64,000 nucleotides of DNA, from assembly GCF_009914755.1 (NCBI RefSeq), contig NC_060933.1; one strand, written 5' to 3'. Below are positions 44,831-59,600 of the stretch, piece after piece. The translations under genes were made by a program, and so were the position numbers. The notes beneath the pieces are model-generated. The model saw only the letters and a program-made list of their open reading frames with translations. It made no database searches and was not told the DNA's origin. Origin of the DNA: the human T2T-CHM13v2.0 reference genome, Homo sapiens. Positions within the stretch are counted from its first letter, which is position 1. Each line of letters begins with the position of its first letter.

Positions 44831-46750
44831 ATTCATAACAAGACCCAGACAGGTCCAAATGAGTCAAGGGAAAATGTCGCCATTGTTTTTTTGTAAATTC
44901 TCTTTAATTCCACAACCTATTAGTGGCAAGGAAAGAGTGTCATACACACACCCCAATCTCTTACGCTCTATGAATTCTCCTTATCCTTTTCTAACCAGAA
45001 AGTTCCACATCCTCTTTGACCCACCCAACTCAGTTCTCTTCCTTCTCCAAAACCACTGAAATATAGTGGAAGTATCATGTTTTCTTGTTAGAGGTACAAC
45101 AGTATTGCACTGCCTCTGATGTGTCTTTGCTCCCCAGATAGTCTGTAGACTGCCAGCACTTGAAAAATTAGGGGTCTGTCTTGTGCTTCTTGTAATCCTC
45201 TTGTACTTAGCATAATGCATTGTATACAAGAGGCACTTTTTATCGGTGACTAAAGACGGTACATTAGGCCCTGCGTTCCACCTTCTGCCACAGTTTTTTT
45301 GAAAGATTCCATGGCAGGTAAAGACAGGCAATGCACACACATGGACCTAAGTGTGCAAATATACCAATCATACCAACAAACTTGAATTTTACATATTTAA
45401 GGCTAAATTTATTTCACAATAACTTAGTCATGTTCTCATAACCAAATTTATTTCCATCCTATTTTTAATATGCTCATAGTCTTAACTATATATTTGAGAA
45501 TATTTGTGGTTTCCTGTGTATAGAACAAATCTTTTTAATTCAAGGTGACCAAATTTGAGGACAAACTAAGAGCACAACCAGAAATCACTAAATGAGGATG
45601 AGAATCTCAGTCAGTTTATATTTGTTTCTCACCAATGCTTTGTTCATCTCCCTTTCCAGCACTGAATTCTCACCCCCTTCTCCCAAGGTAGCACCAGGCT
45701 CTACCAACTTGGACACAAGGAAACACTTTATTCCTAATGCACAATTCACATCCTCAGGCTTGATGGGAAAGCAGGTGCCAGCAATCTAGCACTCATTCTG
45801 CAGGAAAAGAGCCAGACAGGATCTCTAATGAGCAGCAGGCGGCCTACCAACCCTTCAGCACTGTAACATTTACTTGAGTACTGTAGCACAATGTCTTACA
45901 CATTGCTGTTTGTGGGTCACAAAGAAAAGTTGGTTTACACGTACAAATGCTCTATAAGGTACTCTTCATTTCTGTTGAGTGGCTCTTCTACTGTTGAGCC
46001 CCAATGGCGAGTTACACAACTGAAAGAGCATTCAGTTGGCATTTATGTGCACTGCCCAGCTGTAAAACATTTCTCCCAGGGTTTGCAGAGTACTCCTCTT
46101 CCTCTCCAAGTTGCTCTTTTCAGCCATGAAAAGTGCCTGCAAATGATATTATTTTGATAGCTCTGGAAACCATCTGGGAGCCGAAAAGGAGGTTTCCTTA
46201 CAGTGAGCAGAGAGAGCTCTAATTCCTCATCTTGCCTGGCCAGTTCACATTGTATTGGACTTAAAGGAGCCACTCTGCCAGAGCTATTTGCTGAGAATGA
46301 TATTAGCAAGGATGACAAGAGAAGATGGTGGTCATCTCTCCAACTACCCCACATGAAACATTACTCATTTGTCTCAAGCATCATGTCAATCTCAGAACCA
46401 AACCAGGAGGCAGGCTTCTTTTAGCTTCTTACCCATAAATAAGGTTAATAATTCCACAGTTGCTGATCACCAAAAAACCCACAAATAGGAACATAACACA
46501 ACAGGAAAAAGGGCTTTTTATTCATCATTTATGATTAAGACCTTGCCTCTGCCACAAAGTATTTGAGAAGTTTTACAACAAAAGACATTAATTCTACAAG
46601 GACATTAAAGTAGAAAGTTTAAAGCAAAAGAGCTGGATAAAAAAGGATAAAATGCTGAAGAGTGGGCAACAAGGCAATGTCCTGAAAGCTTTTAGTAGTC
46701 AGGACAGAACAAGCATTTGTGGAAGATGAGACCTTTAAAATGATCTAAGG

Positions 46751-46949
46751 CAGTGAATCTCACACTTTGGTGGACAACAGAATGACAGGAGGACTTGTTA
46801 AAACACAGCCTACAGCCCCACCCAGGAGTTACAGATTCAGTAGGTTGAGGGACATGGGTGAGTGGGACAGGACCCTGGAATTTATAAAGCATCACAGGTA
46901 ATGATGATGCTGCAGGTCCAGGGACCAACCATGCTGATGAGAACCACTG
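46751..46949. mobile_element. MER5A hAT-Charlie MITE
   Basis: TIR-like cagtgaatctca / tgagaaccactg; cttgttaaaacacag, gattcagtaggt, tgctgcaggtccagggacc. Confidence 0.8.
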
Positions 46950-48302
46950 ATCGAGGACCCAGAGACCGATAATCACAGAAACTCAACAGAATTAGCTGGG
47001 AGAAGCCTATATATGAGGAGATTCTGATTTAATAGGTTGATAGTGGAGATCCAGGCATTTTTATAAAAAGCTCACAAGAGATACTGGTGAAAACTACAGG
47101 ATGAGGCCACTGATTCTATATTAGTCTGCCTTTCTTCCTTAAACACACACACAAAAACACATTTTTGAAAGAATTTTAAATTTAAGAAAGCATGACTATA
47201 TATATCATGAGAAAAATTAGAAAAAAATTGACTTATCCAGAGGCAGCTTGAAAGAACGCAATTGCCACTTAATGAAAACATTTATGAAGCATGTACAACC
47301 ATGTTGTGGGGGAGACACCTTAAACTAACTTAATCTGCCTAGTACAGAATTCACCTGTTAACTGCTCAAAGAGCCACTCTGCCACTAGAGGAGGCTGACA
47401 CTGTCTTACATTTCATCAAGCCCAACCAACAGAATTGCAGTTCACTGTGAGTTATGTATTTTATTTTTAAAATGTCACATTTATCTTCCAAAAACAAACC
47501 AAGGATGATTATATAAACTAAAGAAGGTCACTTGCTCTACACACACAAAAAAATCATCATCAACAGGGTTATATGAAGATCTTTATATGAAGATCTTTAC
47601 AGGCCCTAAGGATTGCAAGATATAATAATCTCCTTTCCCCACCCTACCCCCTAAGAAACATTTTAAATATGTGCTTGTGTCTGTATACATGTAGGGCGTG
47701 CACATGTGTGAATGCTAAACCAAAAATTCAGAGAAGTCCAATGAGGTTCTGATTTTTTCCCCTTCTTAATATAACACCTGTTTGTAAAATATCAAAATTC
47801 TCACCACCAAAAAAATGTTTTACTACTTCTTGCTGATCCTCTAACCACATGCTTACCTGACCTACTGGGTAATGAAATGCTATGCATGTAGTTTCTTTCA
47901 ATGGTATGTTCTACAGTGATAAAAGTATAGACATCCTTTGCTTCATCATGCCATTTTTCCAACAATTTGTGTTCACTTCATGTCTCTGCATCACATATTG
48001 GAAATCCTTGCAACATTTCAAACTTTTTCATTATTATTATACCTGTTATGGTGATCTGAGATCAGTGATCTTTGATGCTACTATTGTAATTGCTTTGGGG
48101 ACACCACAAACCGCACCCATGTAAGATAGCAAACTTAATCAATGTTGTGTATCTCTAACTGCTCCACCAACCTGTCAATCACCAACTCCCTTCTTCTCCT
48201 TGGGTCTCCCTATTCCCTGAGATACAACAATACTGAAATTAGGCCAATTAATAATCCTACAATGGCCTCTAAATGTTCAAATGAAAGGAAGAGCCACAAA
48301 TC

Positions 48303-48592
<290 letters not shown>

Positions 48593-50183
48593 AGACACAT
48601 CTCTCACTTTAAATCAAAGCTATAAATGATTAGGCTTAGTGAGAAAGGCATGTCAAGAGGTGACAGGCCAAATGCTAGGCCTCTTGCACCAAATATTTAG
48701 CCAAGTTGTGAATGCAAAGGAAAAGTTCTTGAATGGAATTAAAAGTGCTACTCCAGTGAACTCATGAATGATAAGGAAGCAAAACAGCCTTATTGCTGAT
48801 ATGGAGAAAGTTGTAGTGGTCTGGATATAAGATCACACCAGCCACAACACTTCCTTAAACCAAAGCCTAATCAAGAGCAAAGCCCTAATTCTCTTTAATT
48901 TTATAAAATCTGAGAGATGAGGAAGCTGCAGACAAAAAGTTTGATGCTAGCAGAGGTTGGTTCATAAGGTTTAGGGAAATAAGCCATCTCTGTAACATAA
49001 AAGTGCAAGTTGAAGCAGCAAGAGCTGATACAGAAGCTGCAGGAAGTTATCCAGAAGATCTAGCTAACAACATTGATGAAGGTGGCTACACTACACAAAT
49101 TTTCTATGTAGACGAAACAGCCTTCTACTGGAACAAGATGCCATCTAGAGCTTTCATAGCTAGAGAGAAGTCAAGGCCTGGCTTCAAAGTTTCAAAGGAT
49201 AGGCTGACACTCTTTTTAGAGGCTAATGCAACTGGTGAATTTAAGTTGAAGCTAATGCTCATTTAGTATTCTGAAAATATCCTAGGGCCCTTAAGAATTA
49301 TGCTAAATCTACTTTGCCTGCGCTATAGGAATGGAACAACAAAACCTGGATGACAGCACATCTGCCTACAGCATGGTTTACTGAATAGTTTGAGCCCACT
49401 GTTGAGACCTACTACTCACAATAAAAGATCCGTTTCAAAATATTATTGCTCATTGACAATGTACCTGGTCACCTGAAAGCTCTGCAGGAGATGCACAAGG
49501 AGATTAATGTTGTTTTCATGCCTGCTAATACATCTATTCTGTAGCTCATGAATCAAGAAGTAGTTTTGGCTTTCAAGTTTTATTATTTAAGAAATACATT
49601 TTGTAAGGCTATAGGTGCCATAGATAGTGATTCCTCTGATATATCTGAGCAAAGTAAATAAAAAACCTTCTGGAAAAGGATTCACCATTCTAGATGCCAT
49701 TATGAACATTCATGATTCACAAGAGAAGATCAAAATATGAACATTAAAAGGAGTTTGGAAAAAGCTGATTTCAACCTTCATGGATGACTTCGAGGGGTTC
49801 AAGACTTTAGTGGAGGAAGTCACTGCAGATGTGGTGGAAACAGCAAGATAACTAGAATTAGAAGTGGAGTCTGAAGATGTGACTGAATTTTTGCAATCTC
49901 ATAAAATTTGAATGGATGAGGAGTTGCTGCTTATGGATGAGCAAAGAAACTGGTTTCTTCAGATGGAATCTACTCCTGGTGAAAATGCTAGGAACATTGT
50001 TGAAACGACAATAAAGAATTTAGAATATTATATAAATTTAGTCGATAAAGCAGTGGCAGGGTTTGAAAGAATTGAGTCCAATTCTAAAAGATCTACTGCA
50101 CTATCAAACAACCTCACATGCTACAGATAAATCTTTTGCAAAAGTCAGTCAGTCCATGCAGCAAACTGCATTGTCTTATTTTC

Positions 50184-50492
50184 TTTCTTTCTTTTCTCTT
50201 TTAGACGGAGTCTCACTCTGTCACAAAGGCTGGAGTGCAGTGGCACCATCTCGGCTCACTGCAAGTTCGTTCACGCCATTCTCCTGCCTCAGCCTCCTGA
50301 GTAGCTGGGACTACAGGCACCCGCCACCACGCCCGGCTAATTTTTTTTTTTTTTTTTTTTTTTTTTGTATTTTTAGTAGAGACGGGGTTTCACTGTGTTA
50401 GCCAGGATGGTCTCGATCTCCTGACCTCGTGATCCACCCGCCTTGGCCTCCCAAAGTGCTGGGATTACAGGCATGAGCCACCACGCCTGGCC
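50184..50492 (-). mobile_element. AluY in Tigger1
   Basis: Reverse Alu with ttcacgccattctc; perfect 17-bp TSD TGCATTGTCTTATTTTC (50167-50183 / 50493-50509). Confidence 0.94.
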
Positions 50493-51850
50493 TGCATTGT
50501 CTTATTTTCAAAAATTGCCACAGCCACTCATATCTTCAGCACTCCAATCGATAAGTAGTCATCAGCATCTGGGCGAGAACTTCTACCAGCAAAAAGACTA
50601 TGACTAGCTGAAGGCCAAGAAAATTGTAAGCATTTCTGGCAACAAGGTATATTTTAATAAGGTAATATATACTGTCACACTTAATAGATTACCATATAGC
50701 ATAAATATAACTTTTATATGCACTGGGAAACCAAAAACTTCACATGCCTAATTTTATTGTGCTATTTGCTTTATTACAATTGTCTGGAACCTAACCTGCA
50801 GTGTCTCGAAGGTATGCCTACATATGCTGAAGTATCTTAATTCTACTGCTTGATAGTATATTTTGGTGAAGATTGCTTAAACATTAGTTTGCTCATAGAG
50901 TGAGGGCACTGAACCTCATACAGAAGTGATTACCTTAAATTGATATAATAAAGTAAAAACACCTAGCACACTGCTGTTCTAATGGCAGCTAATCAACATT
51001 TGATTGCTACTATCATTTACAATAGGTCACATACTCCTCTACTGCCTAATACAAGATATATCTTTACTACCAAAACAATGGGCCTACCAGGATTTGCAAT
51101 ACAATCTTCAACATTAAATGGCTATGCAAAATCATTTTGTAATGGATTTTCTACAGAGTATTACTTTTGTCCAAGACAAGTAAGAAAAACCACATGTTTA
51201 CAACTAGAAGTGTTTCAAAAGCGAGCACCTGTCAAGGTAGATCACAGGGGAGGCCTGCATAAGCTGGCACTGATCCTGTACTAAGAGCATACTTCCTCTT
51301 TAGGTAACAGATGTCAAAAGTAGTTCTGTCTTTTCTAATTGGCAACTATATTTATGAACAGAATTTTGGTGACTTGATCTTTAAAGCAATCAAAATAAAA
51401 ATAGTGAAAAGGGAAAGAGTACAGTATAACTAGTTAAACAGAAATGATTTCAGACACATTGCTACACTTTTCATAAAATGTAACCTCATTAGTTACATTA
51501 CGAAAATGTAACTTTTCATAAAATGTAAACCTCACCTAGAAAAAGAACACCTAGAGCCTGCTATAAAGATTATCTCTTCTTTCACAAATATCCAGAAAGA
51601 CTGTGGATGAATACTAATGAAAGAAGAAAACACAAATATAGGACACTTTATTTACTTCTCTGTTCAATTTTCATTATGCCTGACTGAAGTATTAGGTTCT
51701 TCTCACAGTTTTGGTCCTTCTTTCATTAAAAAAAAAAATCACCTTACACATTATATAGCTTTTCTTTTTGCTTAACATAAAAAAAAAAACCACTTAAAAG
51801 TCCACCTCATTTAGTTTCTCCTCTGTAGGAAACTGAAAATAATCCACTCA

Positions 51851-52356
<506 letters not shown>

Positions 52357-52589
52357 CTAACAATCTATGCACTAGCGAATTATTAAAAGCCAGAATCAAG
52401 AGAAATTTTATTATCATTTGGTTTTACATTAGTAACTGCTTCAAAAACATGCTAAAAGAACAAAACTTTGTTATATAAAAAGATATATAAAAATGAGATT
52501 GAACAAACATCAGTAACTCTAACCTCATAATGTATTTTTGTGTAGCTCTATCATATTCCTTATTTCATTTGCACTACCACTAGTAAGGT

Positions 52590-52960
52590 GAGTGATAGGA
52601 ATTATGCCCCCTCTACCCTAAAATTCACATGTTGAAGCCTTAACCCCCAGTGTCCCAATACGATAGTATTTGAAGATGGGACCTTTGCAAGGTAATTAGG
52701 TTTAAAATGAGGTCATGAACGTAGGGCCCTCTTGATGGAATTGGTATCCTTGTAAGAACAGACACCAAAGAGCTTGCTTCTTTTCTTTCTTACTATGTGA
52801 GGACACAGCAAGAACGCAGCCATCTGCAAGCCAGGAAGAGAGACCTTACCAGATTCCTTGTTGGACTTCCCAGCCTTTAAAACTGCGAGAAATAAATTGC
52901 TGTTGCTTAAGACACTCAGTCTACTGTATTTTGTTATGGCAGCCCAAGCTGACTAAGATA
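52590..52960 (+). mobile_element. MaLR solo LTR (MLT1A-like)
   Basis: aaaattcacatgttgaagccttaacccccagtg..gaggacacagcaagaacgcagccatctgcaagccaggaagagag..ttttgttatggcagcccaagctgactaaga. Confidence 0.85.
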
Positions 52961-53376
52961 GCAGGGTGCATTTTAGATCAATATTTTTCAGATGATAAAA
53001 CTGAAGCACACAGTAAGATTAAGTGACCGGGGGTAATATTTAGGTGAATTAGAACCGGATTTTCTGACTTCTAATCCAATGCTATTTGTACTGCAACTAT
53101 TAACTTTGAAAAAGGGCAATTAATTTAAAGCAGTGTTCTGAACATACTAACACCCTTTTATAAATTAGGGACAGGGAAGAAAGTTTTGTCACTGCAGAAG
53201 ATGTAAGGAATATCCTTTGTCCCCAAGGTACATCTTCTGATCCACACCCAAAGCAAACCAGTGGTAAAACAAAACACTTCATCCCAGCGGAGTTAATGTG
53301 TCTGATCCATTGCTTCTAACATTTGTCCAATCAATATTACAATGAATCCTGGCTAGGAACCTTGTTATTTCAGTAA

Positions 53377-53690
53377 TTTTTTTTTTTTTCTTTTCTTTTT
53401 TTTTTTTTTGAGACAGAGTCTTGCTCTGTCACCCAGGCTGGAGTGCAGTGGCGCGGTTCTCAGCTCACTGAAAGCTCCGCCTCCTGGGTTCACGCCATTC
53501 TCCCGCCTCAGCCTCCTGAGTAGCTGGGACCACAGGCACCTGCCACCACGCCCGGCTAGGTTTTTGTATTTTTAGTAGAGACGGGGTTTCACAGTGTTAG
53601 CCAGGATGGTCTCCATCTCCTGACCTCGTGATCCGCCCGCCTCAGCCTCCCAAAGTGCTGGGATTACAGGCCTGAGCCACCGCGCCCGGA
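53377..53690 (-). mobile_element. AluY SINE
   Basis: Reverse Alu; aagctccgcctcctgggttcacgcc; TSD-like TTCAGTAA. Confidence 0.93.
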
Positions 53691-56600
53691 CTTCAGTAAG
53701 TTTTATAAAGGAAAACAGGGAAGTTTCTTCTCTGAACTGCCCTAATCCTCTTGAGACTGGCATTAATAGGACCAATGAGCACATCAGGCAACACAGTAAA
53801 ATCATATATTTTATTTACCTTCAAGTGATCTACGTTCTTTTCCTAACTCTTCAATATAAATCCCATAATATCCAAGAAAAAAATACCATTTAATGCTTTA
53901 AATAAGCTGTTAACAGCTCTTTCTTTCAAAACAAGGTGGAACCGGGGAAAGGACACTAGAGTGCAACCTTTATTGCTAGACACCTACTCAAGTCTGTAAC
54001 CACAGAGAAGACTCTACATCTCTTTTTAGTAGATGCTCTCCATTTGTATTACGACAACTTGAATGAATTTGATGTTAGATTAGAATCATATTTAGCCTCT
54101 TGAGTTCTTATGTTATCAAAAGCTATTGTTATACCCATCATTTTCTGATGATAGAGCAAGATCCTGAGAATTACCCTCTCAACTGTTAGCAAAACAGGAA
54201 ACGTCCTTATTTCTGTTATATTTTCAACTTACAGATATAAAATCATCCTGGAAGCCAAGATAATTGGCTTGCATTGAGGTGCCTGTTTTTACAATTACAT
54301 TCACTTTCTTCATTATTATCATTACCTTTACTATTATTATTAAATGCTGTCATTTGGACTTATCACTACTTGTCTGAGAATAGAAAATGTCATTAGGAAA
54401 TAAAATGGCCTCGGGGAGCAGGGGTCTATAAATCTCTCCATAAGACCCTTTTCCACACTTAGGGATGGCTATCATTTTCTTTCAGCTTCCTCCCTTTTAA
54501 GCAGAAGAGCCTCAAGTCTTTTATCTCTCATCACCATTTGTACTTTAAAGGCTGCTACGATTGTAGCCAGAACATGTGCTCTTTCAAAAAATCCAGTTGT
54601 TGCAAGATGTGTTCTAAGATCACTGGCTGAAGGATCCTTGTTAAGAGCTTTGAGAATGAGAAATCATCTGAAAACAGACCACTTACAGTCACACCACCTA
54701 TAAACACAGTACTATTTTTGAGCAAAGTTCACATGTACAGAAGTTGAATTTCACAACTGACCTTTAACTACACCACTTAGTTGTGATGCCAAAGACATAT
54801 GTTTTAGCTGTGTTTTCTCTTTCTCTTTTGTGTGTTTTGAGAGTGACGGGTAGAGAAAGAAAAATGTTACAAGTGAGAGGGCTCAGAGCTGTAATTCCTC
54901 ACAGAAGAGAAACAGGAAGGAAAAAAAGTTTCCTGATAGAACTGGCCCATAATTAAGTGTTATTGGAGTTGACCAATGAACATCGAAACACCACTACTTG
55001 TCAGTTTACAATGAGATCTTGAGATTATTGTCAGAACTATTCAGTTACTTGTGAAGTAACCCTCCTGTGCAGAGCATAAGAAATTTAAAATAGTGGAAAA
55101 TCACTTTTGTCTTCTCAACATTTATAACGGCAACATTGAACTGAACACTGAATTGAACAAAGTCATAAAAAGTACATTATGGCTACAGGGCTCAGTACTG
55201 GATTATAAATATTAAAGTATATTTGGGATTATAAAAAAGTATAAAGTAAATTAAATAGAATGAATTCAGGAAATAAAGGTGATAATGAAATGAAATAACT
55301 AAAAGATATATATCTGAAGAGATTATTTTGACAAGACATTTAACTACATTTCCTTATTAACTTTAACCTTTTAAAAAATGTGTCACTTTAAAATGTTCAT
55401 AAAGCATTTGATTGACACCAATATAATCTTTACAGATTTACACAGATGTCAAGAAGTATTAATTTTAATCTTTGGACTATCTTACAGAATTTTCCCGATT
55501 AAATGTGAAACCTGGATTTACTATCATGGCAGTGGCATTAAGAGTTTATTTTATTTGCTAAGAACTTATGTCCATGGTAGTTTGACTTTTAATATAACCA
55601 AAATCCACTGGGGAAAAAGTGTTGACTTAAGACTACCTCATCTTCACCAGGTCAAAAATGCAACATTTTCTCATTATCAGCTTATGAAACAAGGACTACT
55701 GATAGTTGCAAGGGTTATTTCTCTACAAGCCTTATATCTTCCTCAATAGAATTAGAATACTGGAGCTCTTTCCTCTATCTAGATCAAGGAACTCCAAACT
55801 TCTTTGGGTGTGGGTATGAATGTATATGTTTACATAGATGTGTGTAAGATAATACATAGTAGTAAAAGAAAATAACAAGACCTCTTTTCATATTAGTCTT
55901 TTACTTTTAAATTTTCAATTTTTTGTATGTGTTTTCTTGTACATAATATGAAAGTACAGCATAACTTATTCTTGTACATAATATGTTGGCTTACTATAAT
56001 TTGGAAATGTACATACATTGGGGATACAGGTTTACAGGGAGAGATGAGTTGTAATACCAACTCTGTAAGTTTTAATTCTGTAATTTACCTGCTCAAATCT
56101 TAATTATATCACATGATTTCAAGCTCTGGAGTGATACATGCTAAATAAACAGGACAGTCTCATTATAACTCACACAGAGAGCATCCAGATTTTTGTCATT
56201 TTACAGTATTTTATAACAATCAAACTCAGAGCTTAAAAGTTTACTTTTTATATTTATACTGTACACAGAGTTCCTTATTGAAGAAGAGGTAACACAAACT
56301 TATTTAAAAGATTTTGAAGTGCACATAGCTTTTCTTAAAAACCCAACACAAAATACTTTACATAATCCCCCTAGAAGTTTGAAATTATCTGTGGCTCTAT
56401 TTTAGAGTTTGCTTTTATAGTGTTTACAGAAAATTATACAATATTAAGTGAAATTGTTTATAATCAGTCTAAATGTGCTATACTTACATTCACTTCTATT
56501 TAAAATGTTAAGTCCTAATAAAAAGTTTGTAAAAATATATCTATTTTAAGAAGTCCCTCTATCTTAGTGAAAATGAACTAAAGTAGCAAAAACATGCTAC

Positions 56601-59600
56601 ATTTACAAGACAGCCCTCATGTGAAAACTTAGGAGGTAGATTCTTCTGTTGTGTTCTCAATGTAGCCCCTTTAAAAATGTGGTATTCAGAATCACATATT
56701 CCTGATTAGTAATATTAGATTTCTGTCCAGAATAGGAGGAATGCTGCTGCTTATAAGGCTCTAAAGGAACCTGCATTTCCATGCACACATCTTATATAAG
56801 CCTAACAGTTGCTTTTCTTCATAAATCAATCTATTGTTGCACTTCATAATGAGAAGGCAGATTTACTGCCTTTTACCGCCTTTTCTCACCATCAGAAAGA
56901 TGCCTATTTGGGTAACAGAACGTTTCTCTTCTTCAAGGGTATTTGGGATTAGGGAGGCAGGGGCAAGAACCTTTAACATCTGCTCCCTTGAAATGAATGA
57001 CACCTCTAGTTCTCACAGCCTGGACGTTGAAAAGCAAATACTCTAACTTGATAAAATTCTCTAACTTGAAGAAGCACAACACTTTAAATACACTGAAGTC
57101 CCATCTCTAAAACATACATTTGGGATTTAGAGGTTATACCACAAAACTAAAGAACACAGAATTTAGATTGTCCCCCAAAAGCCCCCAAATCATCATCATA
57201 GTGAGAACAATTGGAATTTAGAATAAAGACACTGGATTCATCATCTTGAATTTTCTCTAGCCCTAAAAACAAATCTAAATTACTGGCTAGTAAGACTTTA
57301 ATCATTTGAGTCTCAATATTGTGCAGGAATAACAAAACAGTTTGCAATATAGACTTAACATTCCTCTGTTTTTATTTACTTAATTTTTCCCCTTAGGGAG
57401 AAATATTTAAGAATTACAAACTTTAGGTTTTAATTTAAAAACAATAAGAAGGTACTTTTCAGCATCTAATTCCTAACCATCTGCCTTTTAAAAATATACA
57501 CACACACATACTCACCCATTCACTCCAGTTAGGCTTAACATTCTTAACAAGTAAGTAGATCTTGATGGATCTAAACAGAAGTTTCAGTAATCAGAGTCCC
57601 ACTTTTGGAAACAAAGCTATCTTTAAACAGGCACCATGACTCCTACTAGCAAAAGCAGTTAACCATAAACTTAAAACAAATAGACACCATCCAAAACAAA
57701 TAAATAAATGAAGTGAGGCAGGTACTGGATTCAAGAAGAATCTCTATTTTTGAAGAAAACTAAATTACATCTCCTCGTTCATGAATATGTAGTATTGCCC
57801 AGTGAGCTAACATTCTTGTTACTTCAGGCTATCTTTTGTCACTTAAGCAATGGTTTTTGACAGTTTTACAGGCTGTTATCCCAAAGACTTCAGTATTTAC
57901 GGCCTTTATTCACTTGGGCTTTCTACTCTTATCCACTGGTTACTAATCACTAAACAGATTTTTTTTAAAATGGGACTGAAATTAGCTCACAGGATGTCCT
58001 TCAACAATGGCAGCTCAGGACAGCACCGGTAAAGGTCTTCTCCTCAGCCTCTTCCTCTCTCTCTTCAATTTTCTCTTCCTACAGACAAGTTAGTGAGGGT
58101 CCAGATCCACACTGTTCAATTAGAACAACAGCACACATGATTTACAGCATTCTTAGGGGATGGTTAGGGATCGTTTCTGAATTGATCCTCAGAAACTCAT
58201 TCAATTTCAAATATCTCAAGAATGATTTAAAGGCCTAACTTGTTTTTAATCTTCATAAAACAGGAGCAATTCCTACTTGTGGAATCATTATTCAGGAATT
58301 ATTATTCAGTTCTACAAACCTTACTATCCACACACAATTGCACGTACAATTCAAATATGGATGCTTTTAAAACTTCAACACATTTAGTTGTAACCTGCCA
58401 TTCCAATTTCTTCCTATGTAGTAAAGGCTGCTTATTACCTTTTATCCACTACACTTAAACACCATAGACCGAAAAGCAAGGAGAAAACACAGACCGTTCT
58501 TTTCACTTAATTTCATCTGACTTAAACATCTCCTAAGAGATTGGTTTTTATCTTAGGAACAATGTGAAATGCGTAACAGAGTACATTCTCTTTTCTAGCT
58601 GGCTGCTGGAAACTTGAAAGTCAAATTAGACTGGAAAGTGCTGTTTTCTTATAAACTAAAAATGCGAAAGAAAGCCAGAAATACTGATGTTATTAGTCTC
58701 ATGATCTTCCTGATGAACTGAGCAAACTGCAGAATTCTCTGAGAATGGGCTGAGCAATGGCAGGAGGAAGGGGAGAGACTAGCTTTAAAGAAACACTAAG
58801 GCTCCACTTATTGCTCTAAAATATAATATACTAAATATGACTCTTCCTAGAATAAAAGGAACTTATTATGATCAGCTTCTGTTTTCTCTGAAATTGTGCT
58901 GAAATGAAATCTCAAAAGAAAATGCTCCAACAAAGTATTTTAAACCTTTAGATATTTCCACATTTGGGTAGAAGCAACATGTTTTAGTGCATCAGAAAAA
59001 CAATTTTATCGGGATTAGCATTCATATACAACATTTACATATAATATTAACTATTTGGACATCATGTGATTGCATTTAATTTATAGACATCCACATGACA
59101 AATTCTCCTTGAATGTAGTTCCAGGAAAATTTATTTCTGCTGAAGAATGTGCACGCTTTCCGATATTCCAAATATAAAACTCCATAACTGTTATATTTCT
59201 CTAGGAAGAAAATGGCAGAACTTATTGCCTATGTGTAAAAAAGCACCTAACTCTGAACAAATGCTGTGTTCTTTAAATTTTGTAACTACTTATATTAGAT
59301 TATATTTGCCATGTATATTAACCTGTAAACCAATCTAAATGCCATTCAGTCATATAACTATTAAACAAGTTAAAAATGAAATACATGTACTTGCATGAGA
59401 ATTTACATAGTTATATTTTTAATTTAATAAAACAACATTTTAATGTATAATTAAGGGCTAATTTTTACCAAATACCCTAGTGGTTAGATAACAAGGGATA
59501 CTCTGTTATTTTTCTGGTAAGTTAAATCTTGCAGTGTTTACTTTTATATTTAAAAATATGTGAATGGAGAAAATCATTTTGGATGAACGACTTTCAATGT

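Noticed and set aside
49003-50130. Transposase-like ORFs as a possible TIGD gene
   Set aside because: Many stops and frameshifts plus Alu interruptions; a dead Tigger1.
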